From Nitrospirota bacterium (GTDB lineage Bacteria; Nitrospirota; Nitrospiria; 2-01-FULL-66-17): a DNA stretch of 64,000 nucleotides. Shown piece after piece: positions 1-9,332 of the stretch. Below the pieces are notes generated by a model. It had not been told where the DNA came from and ran no database searches. It worked only from the letters and a program-made list of their open reading frames with translations. The stretch spans positions 160,001 through 224,000 of the forward strand of contig JBMOMC010000002.1 of the NCBI GenBank assembly GCA_049325335.1, given 5' to 3'. The translations under genes were made by a program, and so were the position numbers. How positions within the stretch are numbered: the stretch's first letter is position 1; the number at the start of each line of letters is the position of its first letter.

Positions 1-137
1 GTGGCGAACGCGTCGGCTCCCCAGGGGCGCCAATCCACCGGGTTGTGCGCGTGTTGCAGGAGATAGGGACTGGTTTCGTGGATCAGCCGGTTGGTGTGTT
101 TGGGGGCCGGCGCCGGTTCGGTGGCAGGGGCTGACAT
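1..137 (-). CDS. yyaL: Thioredoxin-domain protein YyaL/DUF255 family, N-terminal part only (runs off window)
   Basis: Manual translation [40 protein letters not shown] matches the family N-terminus. Confidence 0.85.
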   Translation of the reverse strand, partial: MSAPATEPAPAPKHTNRLIHETSPYLLQHAHNPVDWRPWGADAFA

Positions 138-217
138 GCAACGTCGTCTCCGATGGACCGTTATCTTAATACGCCGCGTCGCGGCGTGTAAACACGAACC
201 GGTTCGCGGATGAACGC

Positions 218-1639
218 GTGACGGGTTTTACATTCTCAAGCCGTAAACCGTTGCCCGCGTTTCCGGGGTGGCGCGCCGCGCTCGGTCCCGGCATCGTGTG
301 GATGGCGCTCGCTCAAGGCAGCGGTGAACTCATCTGGTGGCCGTACGTGGTGGCCAAGTACGGTCTGACGTTTCTCGTACTGCTCATTCCCGCCTGTTTC
401 CTGCAATATCCGCTGACGGTGGCGATCGGCCGCTACACGTTGCTGACGGGCGAGACGATTTTCCACGGGTTCTTCCGTCTCAATCGTTGGGTGGGGATCG
501 CGTTGTGGATCTTAATGACGTTGTCCTTTTTGTGGTTTGGCGCGTTCGCCTCGGCGGGCGGCACGGCGCTGGCTGCCCTGACCGGTTTCCCTTCCGGATG
601 GACGCCGCGCGGGCAGACATTGTTCTGGGGCTATGCGTCGATCGCGGTCTTTGTCCTCGCGATCGCGTTTAGCGGCGTGGTGTACACGCTGATCGAGCGG
701 GTCATGAAGGCGGTTGCGTTCGTCACGGTCGGGGGACTCCTGTGGGCGTGCCTACAGTCCGACGTCGTTGCCGTCGTGCCCGACTTCCTCGGCGGCCTCG
801 TGACGATATCGACGAGCATGCCGCGTCCGTGGGATTCCGCCGACGCGACCAAGCTGCTCACCGCGGTGACGTTCGCGGGGCTTGGCGGGTTTTGGATCCT
901 CTTCTATTCGTATTGGTTGCGCGACAAGGGCAGCGCGATGGCCGCGCACGTCGGCCGGATCACGGGCCCGCTCGCCGGCAAGCCCGAGGCGATTCCGGCT
1001 GATGGGGCGCTGCCGGTGGATTCGCCCGAAGGCGCGGCGCGGTGGGCGACGTGGCGGCGCTATCTGTCGGTGGACGCGCTGATCGGGATCGGAGGCAATC
1101 TCGCCACGACGCTCATGACGTGCCTGTTGGCCTACGCGCTGCTCTTTCCCAATGGTCTGTTGCCGCAGGACTATGAGTTGGCCGTGGTGCAGGCTCGGTT
1201 TTTTGAGGTGAGTTGGGGCGCGTTCGGGCGCGTGTTGTTTTTACTCGTAGCCGCTGCGTTTTTGACCGACACGTGGATGGCCACGGCCGACGCGGTCAGC
1301 CGCATCCAAGCCGATATCGTCTACACGCTGTTCCCCAGGGCGCGCCGGCTGGAGGTTCGGCAGTGGTACTACGTGTTTCTCGGCGTGCTCACGGTGATTA
1401 CGTCGCTGACCATGCTGGTGGCGGCTCCGGGTCCGCTGATCCTCACGAGCGCGGTCATCGGCTTCGTCGGGACCGTGATTTTCCCCGTCGCGTTATTCGC
1501 GCTCAACCGCAAACTGGCGCCCGTAGTTCCCGCGTGGGCCGCGGCAAGCCGGAGCTCGCAGTGGTTTTTGGGGATGGCGTTCGTGGCGTACGCCGCGCTC
1601 GCGCTGGCATACCTCGGCGTATTGGGCGGGTGGTGGTAG
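218..1639 (+). CDS. Nramp-like divalent metal transporter family membrane protein
   Basis: [22 protein letters not shown]-terminal motif; many TM segments. Confidence 0.75.
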   Translation: MTGFTFSSRKPLPAFPGWRAALGPGIVWMALAQGSGELIWWPYVVAKYGLTFLVLLIPACFLQYPLTVAIGRYTLLTGETIFHGFFRLNRWVGIALWILMTLSFLWFGAFASAGGTALAALTGFPSGWTPRGQTLFWGYASIAVFVLAIAFSGVVYTLIERVMKAVAFVTVGGLLWACLQSDVVAVVPDFLGGLVTISTSMPRPWDSADATKLLTAVTFAGLGGFWILFYSYWLRDKGSAMAAHVGRITGPLAGKPEAIPADGALPVDSPEGAARWATWRRYLSVDALIGIGGNLATTLMTCLLAYALLFPNGLLPQDYELAVVQARFFEVSWGAFGRVLFLLVAAAFLTDTWMATADAVSRIQADIVYTLFPRARRLEVRQWYYVFLGVLTVITSLTMLVAAPGPLILTSAVIGFVGTVIFPVALFALNRKLAPVVPAWAAASRSSQWFLGMAFVAYAALALAYLGVLGGWW

Positions 1640-1663
1640 GGGCGACCGGCCGGTCGCCCCTAC
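1636..1663. repeat. GTAG-type REP palindrome
   Basis: GTAGGGGCGACCGGCCGGTCGCCCCTAC perfect palindrome. Confidence 0.85.
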
Positions 1664-2478
1664 TGGATAATCGTGAGTTTCTTCGCTGCAGCCGTGACCG
1701 ACGCGACCTGTTCGATCACGGCGTTTGCCACCGCGCGAAACGCGTCGGCTTGGGCGGACGCCGGGTGGCTGTCCACCACGGGTCGGCCTTCGTCGCCGCC
1801 CACGCGGATGGCCAAGTCGATGGGGATCTCGCCCAGGAACGGCACGCCCAGGGCTTTCGCCGCGGTTTGTCCGCCGCCGTGGGAGAAGATGTCTGTGCGT
1901 TCCTTGCAGTGCGGGCAGAGAAACGAACTCATGTTTTCCACGATGCCCAACACCGGGACATGGACCTTTTGGAACATGGCCAGGCCCTTGCGCGAGTCGA
2001 GCAGCGAGACTTCTTGCGGGGTGGTGACGATCACCGCGCCCGTGAGCGGGATGAGTTGCGAGAGTGATAGTTGCGCATCGCCGGTTCCCGGCGGCAGATC
2101 CACGATCAGGTAATCGAGTTCTCCCCACTCCACGTCGCGCAGGAACTGCTGGATCGCGGAGTTGATCATGGGACCGCGCCAGACGATCGGGCTGTCTTCG
2201 GGCACGAAAAACCCGATCGACATCAACTTCACGCCATAACGAACCGGAGGCTGGAGTTTCTGTCCCTCGCTGCCGCGCAGGTCGGTTTGTTTCACGCCCA
2301 TCATCAAGGGCACGTTGGGGCCGTAGATATCGCAATCGAGCAAGCCCACCCGCAATCCGCGCTGGGCGAGCGCCGTCGCGAGGTTCACGGAGACGGTGGT
2401 TTTGCCCACGCCGCCCTTGCCGCTGCTGACCGCGACCGTGTGTTTGACGTGGGGGATGAGACTGTCCTGGTCCGGCAT
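1660..2478 (-). CDS. apbC: Mrp/ApbC (NBP35) Fe-S cluster carrier ATPase
   Basis: SGKGGVGKTT, DCDIYGPN, WRGPM, DLPPGTGD, CPHC motifs. Confidence 0.95.
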   Translation of the reverse strand: MPDQDSLIPHVKHTVAVSSGKGGVGKTTVSVNLATALAQRGLRVGLLDCDIYGPNVPLMMGVKQTDLRGSEGQKLQPPVRYGVKLMSIGFFVPEDSPIVWRGPMINSAIQQFLRDVEWGELDYLIVDLPPGTGDAQLSLSQLIPLTGAVIVTTPQEVSLLDSRKGLAMFQKVHVPVLGIVENMSSFLCPHCKERTDIFSHGGGQTAAKALGVPFLGEIPIDLAIRVGGDEGRPVVDSHPASAQADAFRAVANAVIEQVASVTAAAKKLTIIQ

Positions 2479-2678
2479 GTGGCGCTCCTTGTCGAGCTGC
2501 GGTTCGGCGGTTGATCATCCACGACGTATGACGGGGATTACTCGTCGAGCCGATGCAGCGGGACTGACATTATAGGGACGGCATTCCAGGGAAGTCAATT
2601 GACCGCCGCCCGTTACTCCGGGGCGATGGCGAGGGCTGTCCGTTCGCGGAATCGGATGGGGCGGTAACCGCGACCCGG

Positions 2679-3587
2679 TTATGAGGCCGGCGGAATGGGC
2701 GCGGTCGCGACCCGATTGCGTCCCTGGCGCTTGGCCGTGTACAACGCTTGATCTGCGGCTTCCATCAGGGTGTTGGGAGTCGTGGTTGAATTGCCGGCGA
2801 CGGAGGCGACGCCGATGCTTACGGTGATCGAGGATGGGGGTAATTGAGGCAATGGGTGGTTTTGGACCATCTCCCGGATTCGCTCGGCCAGGTAGGCCGC
2901 GCCCGATGGATTATTCTGCGCGAGAACGACCAAAAACTCGTCGCCGCCGTAACGCACCGCGAAATCGTAGCCGCGGAGCGTTGTCTGCAGGATCTTTCCC
3001 ACGGCGCGCAAGACCTCATCGCCGACCAAGTGGCCGTGCGTGTCATTGATGGACTTGAAGCGATCCACGTCGATCATCAAACACGAGAGACTGAGGTTGT
3101 ACCGCTGGCAACGTTTCATCTCCCGGGTAATCGCGCCGTTCAGGTAGTTCTGGTTGTATAGGCCGGTCAGCGGATCAAGAATGGCCTGCTGTTCGATGGC
3201 GCGCATTTGCGCCCGAAGGCGCAGCATCACGCGGGTGCGGGCGACCAGTTCGGCCGGGTGGTATGGTTTGTTGAGGAAGTCGTGCGCACCGTACTCGAAC
3301 GTCAACAGTTTTTCTTCGATTTGATTCTGCGACGTGACCATGATGACCGGCGTGTGCTGAAGGCGTTCGTCTTGCCGGATTGCGGCGAGGAGTTTGAGCC
3401 CGTCCATCCGCGGCATCACCATATCGGTGATGATGACGTCGACGTCCGAGTTGGCGAGGCACTTGAGCGCGTCGAGCCCGTCGTGCGCCTCGATAATTTC
3501 CATCAACGGATCCGCGGCCTTGAGAATCCTGATCATGTCCGTTCGCATGGCGGCGCTGTCATCCACGATCAGAACGCGATGCGGCAT
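2679..3587 (-). CDS. Response-regulator diguanylate cyclase (REC-GGDEF)
   Basis: N-terminal receiver (VDD, D-MVMP); DPLTGLYN, RxxD I-site (RGYD), GGDEF. Confidence 0.93.
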   Translation of the reverse strand: MPHRVLIVDDSAAMRTDMIRILKAADPLMEIIEAHDGLDALKCLANSDVDVIITDMVMPRMDGLKLLAAIRQDERLQHTPVIMVTSQNQIEEKLLTFEYGAHDFLNKPYHPAELVARTRVMLRLRAQMRAIEQQAILDPLTGLYNQNYLNGAITREMKRCQRYNLSLSCLMIDVDRFKSINDTHGHLVGDEVLRAVGKILQTTLRGYDFAVRYGGDEFLVVLAQNNPSGAAYLAERIREMVQNHPLPQLPPSSITVSIGVASVAGNSTTTPNTLMEAADQALYTAKRQGRNRVATAPIPPAS

Positions 3588-3616
3588 CCAACGACCCTCC
3601 TGATGGGAAGAAAAAA

Positions 3617-3693
3617 TGGCGCGCCCAGAGGGATTTGAACCCCCGACCTACGGATTCGTAGTCCGGCGCTCTATCCAGCTGAGCTATGGGCGC
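3617..3693 (-). tRNA. tRNA-Arg(ACG)
   Basis: Cloverleaf GCGCCCA..., anticodon loop CT-ACG-AA, GGTTCAAATCC T arm, encoded CCA. Confidence 0.95.
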
Positions 3694-3761
3694 GCAAAAA
3701 CAATTTGAATCTGAACCATCGGACGGTTCGATCCGCCAGCGGTCCGAGACGTTGGCGGACG

Positions 3762-4310
3762 TTAACCGGCCGGTATTCCCTCTTTAAGTGCCAACCCGTA
3801 GCGCGGATGCGTAAACGGGTGTACCGAGGGGTACATCGCGAACAGCCAGGCGTCGAACACTGCGGTCCCGTTGTCGAGCACCGTGACTTTGACCGCGGGA
3901 TTGTCGGGACGGTCCGTCACCGACGTAAACACCGAGTCCTGAATCGTGAAGTCGGGTAGGAATTCGCCGACCTCGAACACCAACGGCGAATTCGGCACTT
4001 CAAACCGACTGCGCAGCGGCACGGCATACTCGATGGCCGTTCCGCTCGATTTATCCTCCACCACCAGTCGCACGGCGCCCCACTTGCCCTTGACCGACTC
4101 GGGGACCACGACTACCCCGCCTCCCTCGATCTTCGGGATATCCGCCGGCATGCCGGTCTGCGGATGGCCGGACGGTAAACCCGGCGCACTCGGCATCGGG
4201 GACTCGGCGGTCGACAGGGGCGTCGGTTCAGGCGTTGATGGCGGCGCTGATTGGGATCGACACGCCGCAACCCCGACCATCGTTCCCGCGCACAGCAGCG
4301 CCGCGATCAT
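3762..4310 (-). CDS. DUF2155-like exported (lipo)protein; start uncertain
   Basis: Hydrophobic leader with VAAC, Pro-rich linker, NPAV...WLFAMYPSVHPFTHPRY C-terminus. Confidence 0.65.
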   Translation of the reverse strand: MIAALLCAGTMVGVAACRSQSAPPSTPEPTPLSTAESPMPSAPGLPSGHPQTGMPADIPKIEGGGVVVVPESVKGKWGAVRLVVEDKSSGTAIEYAVPLRSRFEVPNSPLVFEVGEFLPDFTIQDSVFTSVTDRPDNPAVKVTVLDNGTAVFDAWLFAMYPSVHPFTHPRYGLALKEGIPAG

Positions 4311-4344
4311 CGGTCGAACGGTCCAGGATCCACGCAAGGGAACG

Positions 4345-4438
4345 TGGCGGAGAGGGAGGGATTTGAACCCTCGGTAGAGGTTTAAGCCCCTACGACGGTT
4401 TAGCAAACCGTTGCCTTCAGCCACTCGGCCACCTCTCC
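4345..4438 (-). tRNA. tRNA-Ser(GCT)
   Basis: GGAGAGGTGGCCGAGTGG..., anticodon GCT, long variable arm, CCA. Confidence 0.95.
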
Positions 4439-4440
4439 TC

Positions 4441-4492
4441 CTCGCTTGCGTAGCGCAACATAGGGCCTGATTTCCCGGCCCGAGGCTGCGAG
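4441..4492 (-). ncRNA. Unassigned structured RNA motif, copy A (5' of tRNA-Ser GCT)
   Basis: CUCGC/GCGAG closing stem, GGGCC-GG-GAAA-UC-A-GGCCC hairpin, UUGCG-CUA-CGCAA hairpin; covaries with copy C. Confidence 0.6.
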
Positions 4493-4520
4493 ACGATGCT
4501 GCCTCTCGCCTTCCGTCAAT

Positions 4521-4571
4521 CTCGCTAGCGTAACCGAACGTAGCGGGGGTTTCCCGGCGCGAGGCTCGGAG
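4521..4571 (-). ncRNA. Unassigned structured RNA motif, copy B (degenerate tandem copy, 80-bp period)
   Basis: Aligns to copy A along its length and keeps the GG-GAAA-CC loop. Confidence 0.5.
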
Positions 4572-4626
4572 ACGCTTGTACTCTGCTGCGGTTCGCTCGC
4601 GTTAAGTGCGCCCCGCAAAGTCCCTG

Positions 4627-4679
4627 ATTGTAGGAAAATATGGTGTGATTTGCAATGGCCTGTTGGAACTTCCTATAAT
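4627..4679. promoter_or_regulatory. Divergent sigma70 promoters sharing a palindromic -35 (TTGCAA)
   Basis: Minus strand: TTGCAA-17-TACAAT toward tRNA-Ser. Plus strand: TTGCAA-18-TATAAT, 7 nt before ATG 4687. Confidence 0.7.
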
Positions 4680-4686
4680 TCGCCCC

Positions 4687-5841
4687 ATGTATACCCGAAT
4701 TCTCTTCCTGTCGGTGCTAGTGGTTGCCGCGGGCATCGCCTGCACCAAGGGCAAGAATCGCGAGCCGACGCCTGATTTGTTTCGTCCGAGCGGGGTTTAC
4801 CAGGTAGGGAACAACCCGACGTTCCTCGCGACCGCCGACTTTAACCGCGATCGCGTCCCGGATCTGGTCACCGCCAATATCAACGGCCAGAATGTCTCCG
4901 TGCTCCTCGGGACCGGCGACGGCACGTTCGCCGAGCGCGTCCGGTATCGGGTGGGGGAATTGCCGCGGATGCTGGTGGCCGTGGACCTCACGCAGGATGG
5001 GGCGCCCGACATGGTGGTGGCCAACAACGGGAGCAATTCGCTGTCGGTCCTGAAAAATCGCGGGGACGGCACGTTCGAGGACGCCGTGCACCGTCCGGTC
5101 GGGCAATCTCCGCTGGCGATCGCGGCGGGAGATTTTAACGGGGACACCCTCGTGGACGTGGCCGTGTGTCTGCGATTCGACCACTTGGTCATTTTGTTGG
5201 GGGATGGACTCGGCGGGTTCGTTGATGGGGAGATGTTTGACCCCGGCGATACACCGGCCTCCGTGGTGGCCGAAGACTTTAATCGCGATGGCCGGGTGGA
5301 TTTGGCGGTGGCGAACAGCGGCAACATGAAGGGCAATGTGACGATTTTTCTGGGCGACGGCGCCGGCCATTTTACGCGAGCCGGCGAATACGGCAACCAT
5401 ATACGGCCGATCTACATGACCATGGGCGATTTCAACGGCGACGGCCACTCGGATTTGGTCGAGACCGACGGCCCGAGAAATCTCCTGACCCTGTTTCTCG
5501 GAAAGGGCGACGGCGGATTCGATGAAGGGCACGGCTTTGCCGCGGAGAGCGGCCCGGTGTTCATTGCGCCCGGGGACTTTAACCGCGACGGCCGCCTGGA
5601 CGTGGCCGTCACCAACACGGTTAGCCACAGTCTATCGGTGGTGGTCGGCAACGGGGATGGCAGTTTTCAGTTCCCGCCGTTTGATTACCAAACCGACCGC
5701 GGGCCGTTTGCCGCGGTGGCGGCGGACTTAAACGCGGACGGCGTGCTCGATGTGGCGGTCGCGCACTTTCAAAGCGAAAACGTCATGGTGTGGTTGGGGC
5801 GGGGGGAGCAAGAGCGGCAGGGGCAGAAGACGACGGGGTGA
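4687..5841 (+). CDS. FG-GAP/VCBS repeat lipoprotein (beta-propeller)
   Basis: About seven DFNxDGxxD repeats; lipobox GIAC. Confidence 0.88.
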   Translation: MYTRILFLSVLVVAAGIACTKGKNREPTPDLFRPSGVYQVGNNPTFLATADFNRDRVPDLVTANINGQNVSVLLGTGDGTFAERVRYRVGELPRMLVAVDLTQDGAPDMVVANNGSNSLSVLKNRGDGTFEDAVHRPVGQSPLAIAAGDFNGDTLVDVAVCLRFDHLVILLGDGLGGFVDGEMFDPGDTPASVVAEDFNRDGRVDLAVANSGNMKGNVTIFLGDGAGHFTRAGEYGNHIRPIYMTMGDFNGDGHSDLVETDGPRNLLTLFLGKGDGGFDEGHGFAAESGPVFIAPGDFNRDGRLDVAVTNTVSHSLSVVVGNGDGSFQFPPFDYQTDRGPFAAVAADLNADGVLDVAVAHFQSENVMVWLGRGEQERQGQKTTG

Positions 5842-5983
5842 GGGGGCGATCGGGGGGAACAAGCAGTGTCAAAGGGGTTTTGCCGCCTCGGCACTGGAGT
5901 TCACTCATCCGTTAGACACCGCGCGCGCGGAGCGGAGGGGTAGGATTGCTGCGCCATCCTACCCAAGACCTCGGTTAGATTTT

Positions 5984-6069
5984 TGGCGGAGGGGGTAGGA
6001 TTCGAACCCACGTCCCTTTCGGGATACGGTTTTCAAGACCGTCGCCTTCGACCACTCGGCCACCCCTCC
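5984..6069 (-). tRNA. tRNA-Ser(TGA)
   Basis: GGAGGGGTGGCCGAGTGG..., anticodon TGA, variable arm, CCA. Confidence 0.95.
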
Positions 6070-6073
6070 CCAC

Positions 6074-6124
6074 CTCGCCTGCGTAGCGCCCCACAGCCCC
6101 TGGTTCCCCGGGGCCAGGAGCGAG
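6074..6124 (-). ncRNA. Unassigned structured RNA motif, copy C (5' of tRNA-Ser TGA)
   Basis: CUCGC/GCGAG, GCCCC-GG-GGAA-CC-A-GGGGC, GCG-CUA-CGC. Confidence 0.6.
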
Positions 6125-6142
6125 AGCATTAAGAGCTCGGTT

Positions 6143-7813
6143 TTAATACGTCCGTTCCTTCGGCGGATACTTCGTAATCGTGACCGGCAGGAACTCGAGC
6201 CGCGGACCCTCCGGCGTGTAATACGCCATTGTGTGTTTGAGCCAGTTCACGTCGTCGCGGGTCGGAAAATCCCGTCGGGCGTGGGCGCCGCGACTTTCCT
6301 GCCGCGCAATCGCGCCCGCCACAATGGTTTCGGCCAGATCCATCAGCGAGCCCAGTTCCAGGGCCGAGACCAACTCGGTGTTGAACACCCGGCTCTTGTC
6401 CTGAATCGCGACCGACTCCGCGCGCGGACGGATGCCGCGCAGCGCCTCGCGCGCGCGTTCTAATTTTTCGCGCGTGCGGAACACGCCTACGTCGTCGCTC
6501 ATGATCTGTCCCAACGCGTCGCGCACCGCGGCCACACGTTCGCCGGATTTGCGGCTGCGGAGCGCTTCGATCCGGTCGCGGTCTCGCGCCAGTTCGGTCC
6601 GGCCCACGTCCCGCGGCGCGGTGTTGCCTCGAATCTGTTTGAGCGCGTCCAACGCGCTGCGCCGCCCGAACACGATCGTGTCCAAGAGCGAGTTGCCGCC
6701 CAGTCGGTTGCCGCCGTGTACGCTCACGCACGCGCACTCGCCGGCCGCGTACAACCCGGGGATCGCGGTGCGTCCCCAGGAGTCGGTCTTGATTCCACCC
6801 ATGCTGTAGTGCGCGCCGGGGCGGATGGGGATCGGCGCCTCGATCGCGTCGACGCCGACGTAGGTCAGAGCCAACTCGCGGATTTGGGGGAGGCGCTCCA
6901 GAATTTTTTGCCGGCCTAAGTGCCGAAGATCCAACAGCACGCAGCCGTTTACTCCCCGTCCCGCGTCGATTTCTTCCTGCTCCGCGCGCGAGACCACGTC
7001 GCGGCTCGCCAGCTCTACCTTGTTGGGCGCATATTTCGCCATGAATCGCTCGCCAGCCGCGTTGAGCAGGTAGCCACCCTCGCCGCGCGCGCCTTCGCTG
7101 ATCAAGATGCCCGTGCGTTTGAGCGTGGTGGGGTGAAACTGCACCATCTCCATGTCCATCAGCGGCGCGCCCGCGCGGTAGGCCATGCTCATGCCGTCGC
7201 CGGTGTTGATCAATGCGTTGGTGCTGAGCGAGAACACGCGGCCGTAACCGCCCGTGGCCAGGATCACGGCGTTGGCCGCGATGGCCTCCATCTCGCCGGT
7301 CAGCACGTTCATGGCCACGCACCCGCGGCACGCGCCGTCTTCGATGATCAACGACGTGACGTACCACTCCGAATAGGTGCGTGCGTTTCGGCGCACCAGT
7401 TGTTCGTACATGACGTGTAACAGGGCGTGCCCGGTGCGGTCCGCCGCGTAGCAGGTGCGGGGAAAACTCGCGGCCCCGAACGGGCGTTGCGCGATCGTGC
7501 CCTCGGGCGTGCGGCTGAAGATCGCGCCCCGGCGTTCCAATTCGAAAATGTCTTCGGGCCCTTCCTGGCACATCACCTCGATGGCGTCCTGGTCCCCGAG
7601 GTAATCGCTGCCCTTGACCGTGTCGAACGTGTGCGACTCCCAGGAGTCCGCGGGGTCGACCGCGGCGTTGATCCCGCCCTGCGCCGCCACCGAATGGCTG
7701 CGCAGAGGGTGCACCTTGGAGATCAACGCCACGTCCAGGCCTTCCGGGACCTCGATCGCGGCGCGCATGCCCGCCAACCCGCCGCCGATAATCAAAATGT
7801 CGTGAGAGAACAT
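6143..7813 (-). CDS. sdhA: Succinate dehydrogenase/fumarate reductase flavoprotein subunit
   Basis: Start MFSHDILIIGGGLAG; RSHSVAAQGG covalent-FAD His; QFHPT, HYSMGG, HGGNRLGGNSL, ESRGAH. Confidence 0.92.
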   Translation of the reverse strand: MFSHDILIIGGGLAGMRAAIEVPEGLDVALISKVHPLRSHSVAAQGGINAAVDPADSWESHTFDTVKGSDYLGDQDAIEVMCQEGPEDIFELERRGAIFSRTPEGTIAQRPFGAASFPRTCYAADRTGHALLHVMYEQLVRRNARTYSEWYVTSLIIEDGACRGCVAMNVLTGEMEAIAANAVILATGGYGRVFSLSTNALINTGDGMSMAYRAGAPLMDMEMVQFHPTTLKRTGILISEGARGEGGYLLNAAGERFMAKYAPNKVELASRDVVSRAEQEEIDAGRGVNGCVLLDLRHLGRQKILERLPQIRELALTYVGVDAIEAPIPIRPGAHYSMGGIKTDSWGRTAIPGLYAAGECACVSVHGGNRLGGNSLLDTIVFGRRSALDALKQIRGNTAPRDVGRTELARDRDRIEALRSRKSGERVAAVRDALGQIMSDDVGVFRTREKLERAREALRGIRPRAESVAIQDKSRVFNTELVSALELGSLMDLAETIVAGAIARQESRGAHARRDFPTRDDVNWLKHTMAYYTPEGPRLEFLPVTITKYPPKERTY

Positions 7814-7821
7814 AACGGCCA

Positions 7822-7864
7822 CCCCCTCCCTTACCCTCCCCCTTTGTGGGGGAGGGATGGGTGG
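7822..7864. repeat. CCCTCCCC...GGGGAGGG palindromic repeat
   Basis: Hairpin similar to 10787-10821; overlaps the gcvPB 3' end. Confidence 0.6.
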
Positions 7865-9303
7865 GGAGACCATCGCACCACCGGCTTTCTGGCGGCCAAC
7901 ACTTCGTCTAGACGTGACCGCGGCGTGGTGTGCGGCGCACCCTTGACCAGATCGGGTTGCGCTTCGCACTCCTTCGCGATGGCCAACATTGCGTCGCAGA
8001 ACGCGTCGATGGTCTGGCGCGATTCGCTCTCGGGCGGCTCGACCATGATGGCCTCTTCCACCACCATCGGAAAGTTGATGGTGGGCGGGTAGATGCCGTA
8101 GTCGATCAGGCGTTTGGCGATGTCCCACGCGTGCACGCCCTTGGCGCGCTGGCGCTTGGCGGAGAAGATGCACTCGTGCATACACGCGCGATCGTACGCC
8201 ACCTGATACGCGCCGCCCAGGCGGGCGCGCACGTAGTTGGCGTTGATGATGGCGTGACGGCTGATGTCCGCGAGCCCGGTCGCGCCCAGCCGCCGCAGAT
8301 ACGTGTATGCGCGCACCAGGATGCCGAAGTTCCCGTAGAAACCGTGCAAGCGGCCGATGGATTGTGGGCGGTTGTCGTCGAAAAAGAAGCGGTCGCCGTC
8401 GCGTTCCACGGTGGGCGTCGGCAGATAGGAGATGAGCGGCGCTTTGACGCCGATCGGCCCCGCGCCTGGTCCTCCGCCGCCGTGCGGCGTGGAAAACGTC
8501 TTGTGCAGGTTGAAGTGCACCACATCGAATCCCATGTCCCCGGGCCGCACCAAGCCCAAGAGCGCGTTGAGGTTCGCCCCGTCCATGTACAGCAGCGCGC
8601 CCGCGTCGTGTACGATGCGCGCAATTTCGAGAATTTCCTTCTCGAACAATCCCAGTGTGTTGGGGTTGGTCAACATCAAGGCGGCGCACTCATGGTCGAT
8701 CAGCTTGGCCAGATCACCCACGTCCACCAACCCCTCGGCGTTGGAGTGCACGGTCTGGACTTCGTATCCGGCCAGTGCCGCGGTCGCGGGATTGGTGCCG
8801 TGCGCCGAGTCCGGGATCAACACGCGGCGGCGCGGCGAGCCCTTGGCCGCGTGATACGCGCGGATCATCAAAATGCCTGCGAACTCGCCCTGCGCGCCGG
8901 CCGCGGGTTGCAGCGACACTCGGTCCACGCCCGCGACTTCCTTCAATCCTTGTTCGAGTTCCCACATCAGGCGCAACGCGCCCTGCGACAGGGCTTCGCC
9001 TTGGAGCGGGTGCGCCAACGATGCACCCGGCTGTCGGGCCATTTCTTCGTTGATCTTGGGATTGTACTTCATGGTGCAGGACCCCAAGGGGTAGAAGCCC
9101 GTGTCCACGCCGTAATTCTCGCGCGAGAGGCGCGTGTAATGGCGGATCACGTCCACCTCGCTCAGTTGCGGCAACGCGGGCGGCATGGCGCGGCGCAGCG
9201 CGCGCGGAATCGCATCAACGGACGGCGCCGGCACGTCCAGAGCAGGCAAAACATACCCCCGGCGGCCGGGGGTGCTTTTCTCAAAAAGTAATAGTTCAGG
9301 CAT
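7831..9303 (-). CDS. gcvPB: Glycine dehydrogenase subunit 2
   Basis: YPLGSCTMKYNP, SAHGTNPA, NLHKTFSTPHGGGGPG (PLP Lys). Confidence 0.96.
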   Translation of the reverse strand: MPELLLFEKSTPGRRGYVLPALDVPAPSVDAIPRALRRAMPPALPQLSEVDVIRHYTRLSRENYGVDTGFYPLGSCTMKYNPKINEEMARQPGASLAHPLQGEALSQGALRLMWELEQGLKEVAGVDRVSLQPAAGAQGEFAGILMIRAYHAAKGSPRRRVLIPDSAHGTNPATAALAGYEVQTVHSNAEGLVDVGDLAKLIDHECAALMLTNPNTLGLFEKEILEIARIVHDAGALLYMDGANLNALLGLVRPGDMGFDVVHFNLHKTFSTPHGGGGPGAGPIGVKAPLISYLPTPTVERDGDRFFFDDNRPQSIGRLHGFYGNFGILVRAYTYLRRLGATGLADISRHAIINANYVRARLGGAYQVAYDRACMHECIFSAKRQRAKGVHAWDIAKRLIDYGIYPPTINFPMVVEEAIMVEPPESESRQTIDAFCDAMLAIAKECEAQPDLVKGAPHTTPRSRLDEVLAARKPVVRWSPHPSLPHKGGG

Positions 9304-9332
9304 CTTCGATCCTTGTTGTTCGTTGTGTATCT

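Noticed and set aside
3700..3750. Hairpins upstream of tRNA-Arg as another copy of the Ser leader motif
   Set aside because: No sequence or junction similarity to copies A-C
4311..4424. Long N-terminus of the DUF2155-like ORF
   Set aside because: It overlaps tRNA-Ser(GCT)
4441..4571. Tandem repeats as a CRISPR array or tandem glycine riboswitch
   Set aside because: Only two divergent ~52-nt units, no cas genes, no glycine aptamer consensus
4441..6124. Motif as a theta/HDV-like or hammerhead ribozyme
   Set aside because: It lies 5' rather than 3' of the tRNAs; I could not build the nested double pseudoknot or find the CUGANGA/GAAA core
6143..8689. 848-aa ORF as a GcvP-SdhA fusion
   Set aside because: The upstream part is an off-frame overlap of gcvPB; the real SdhA starts at 7813
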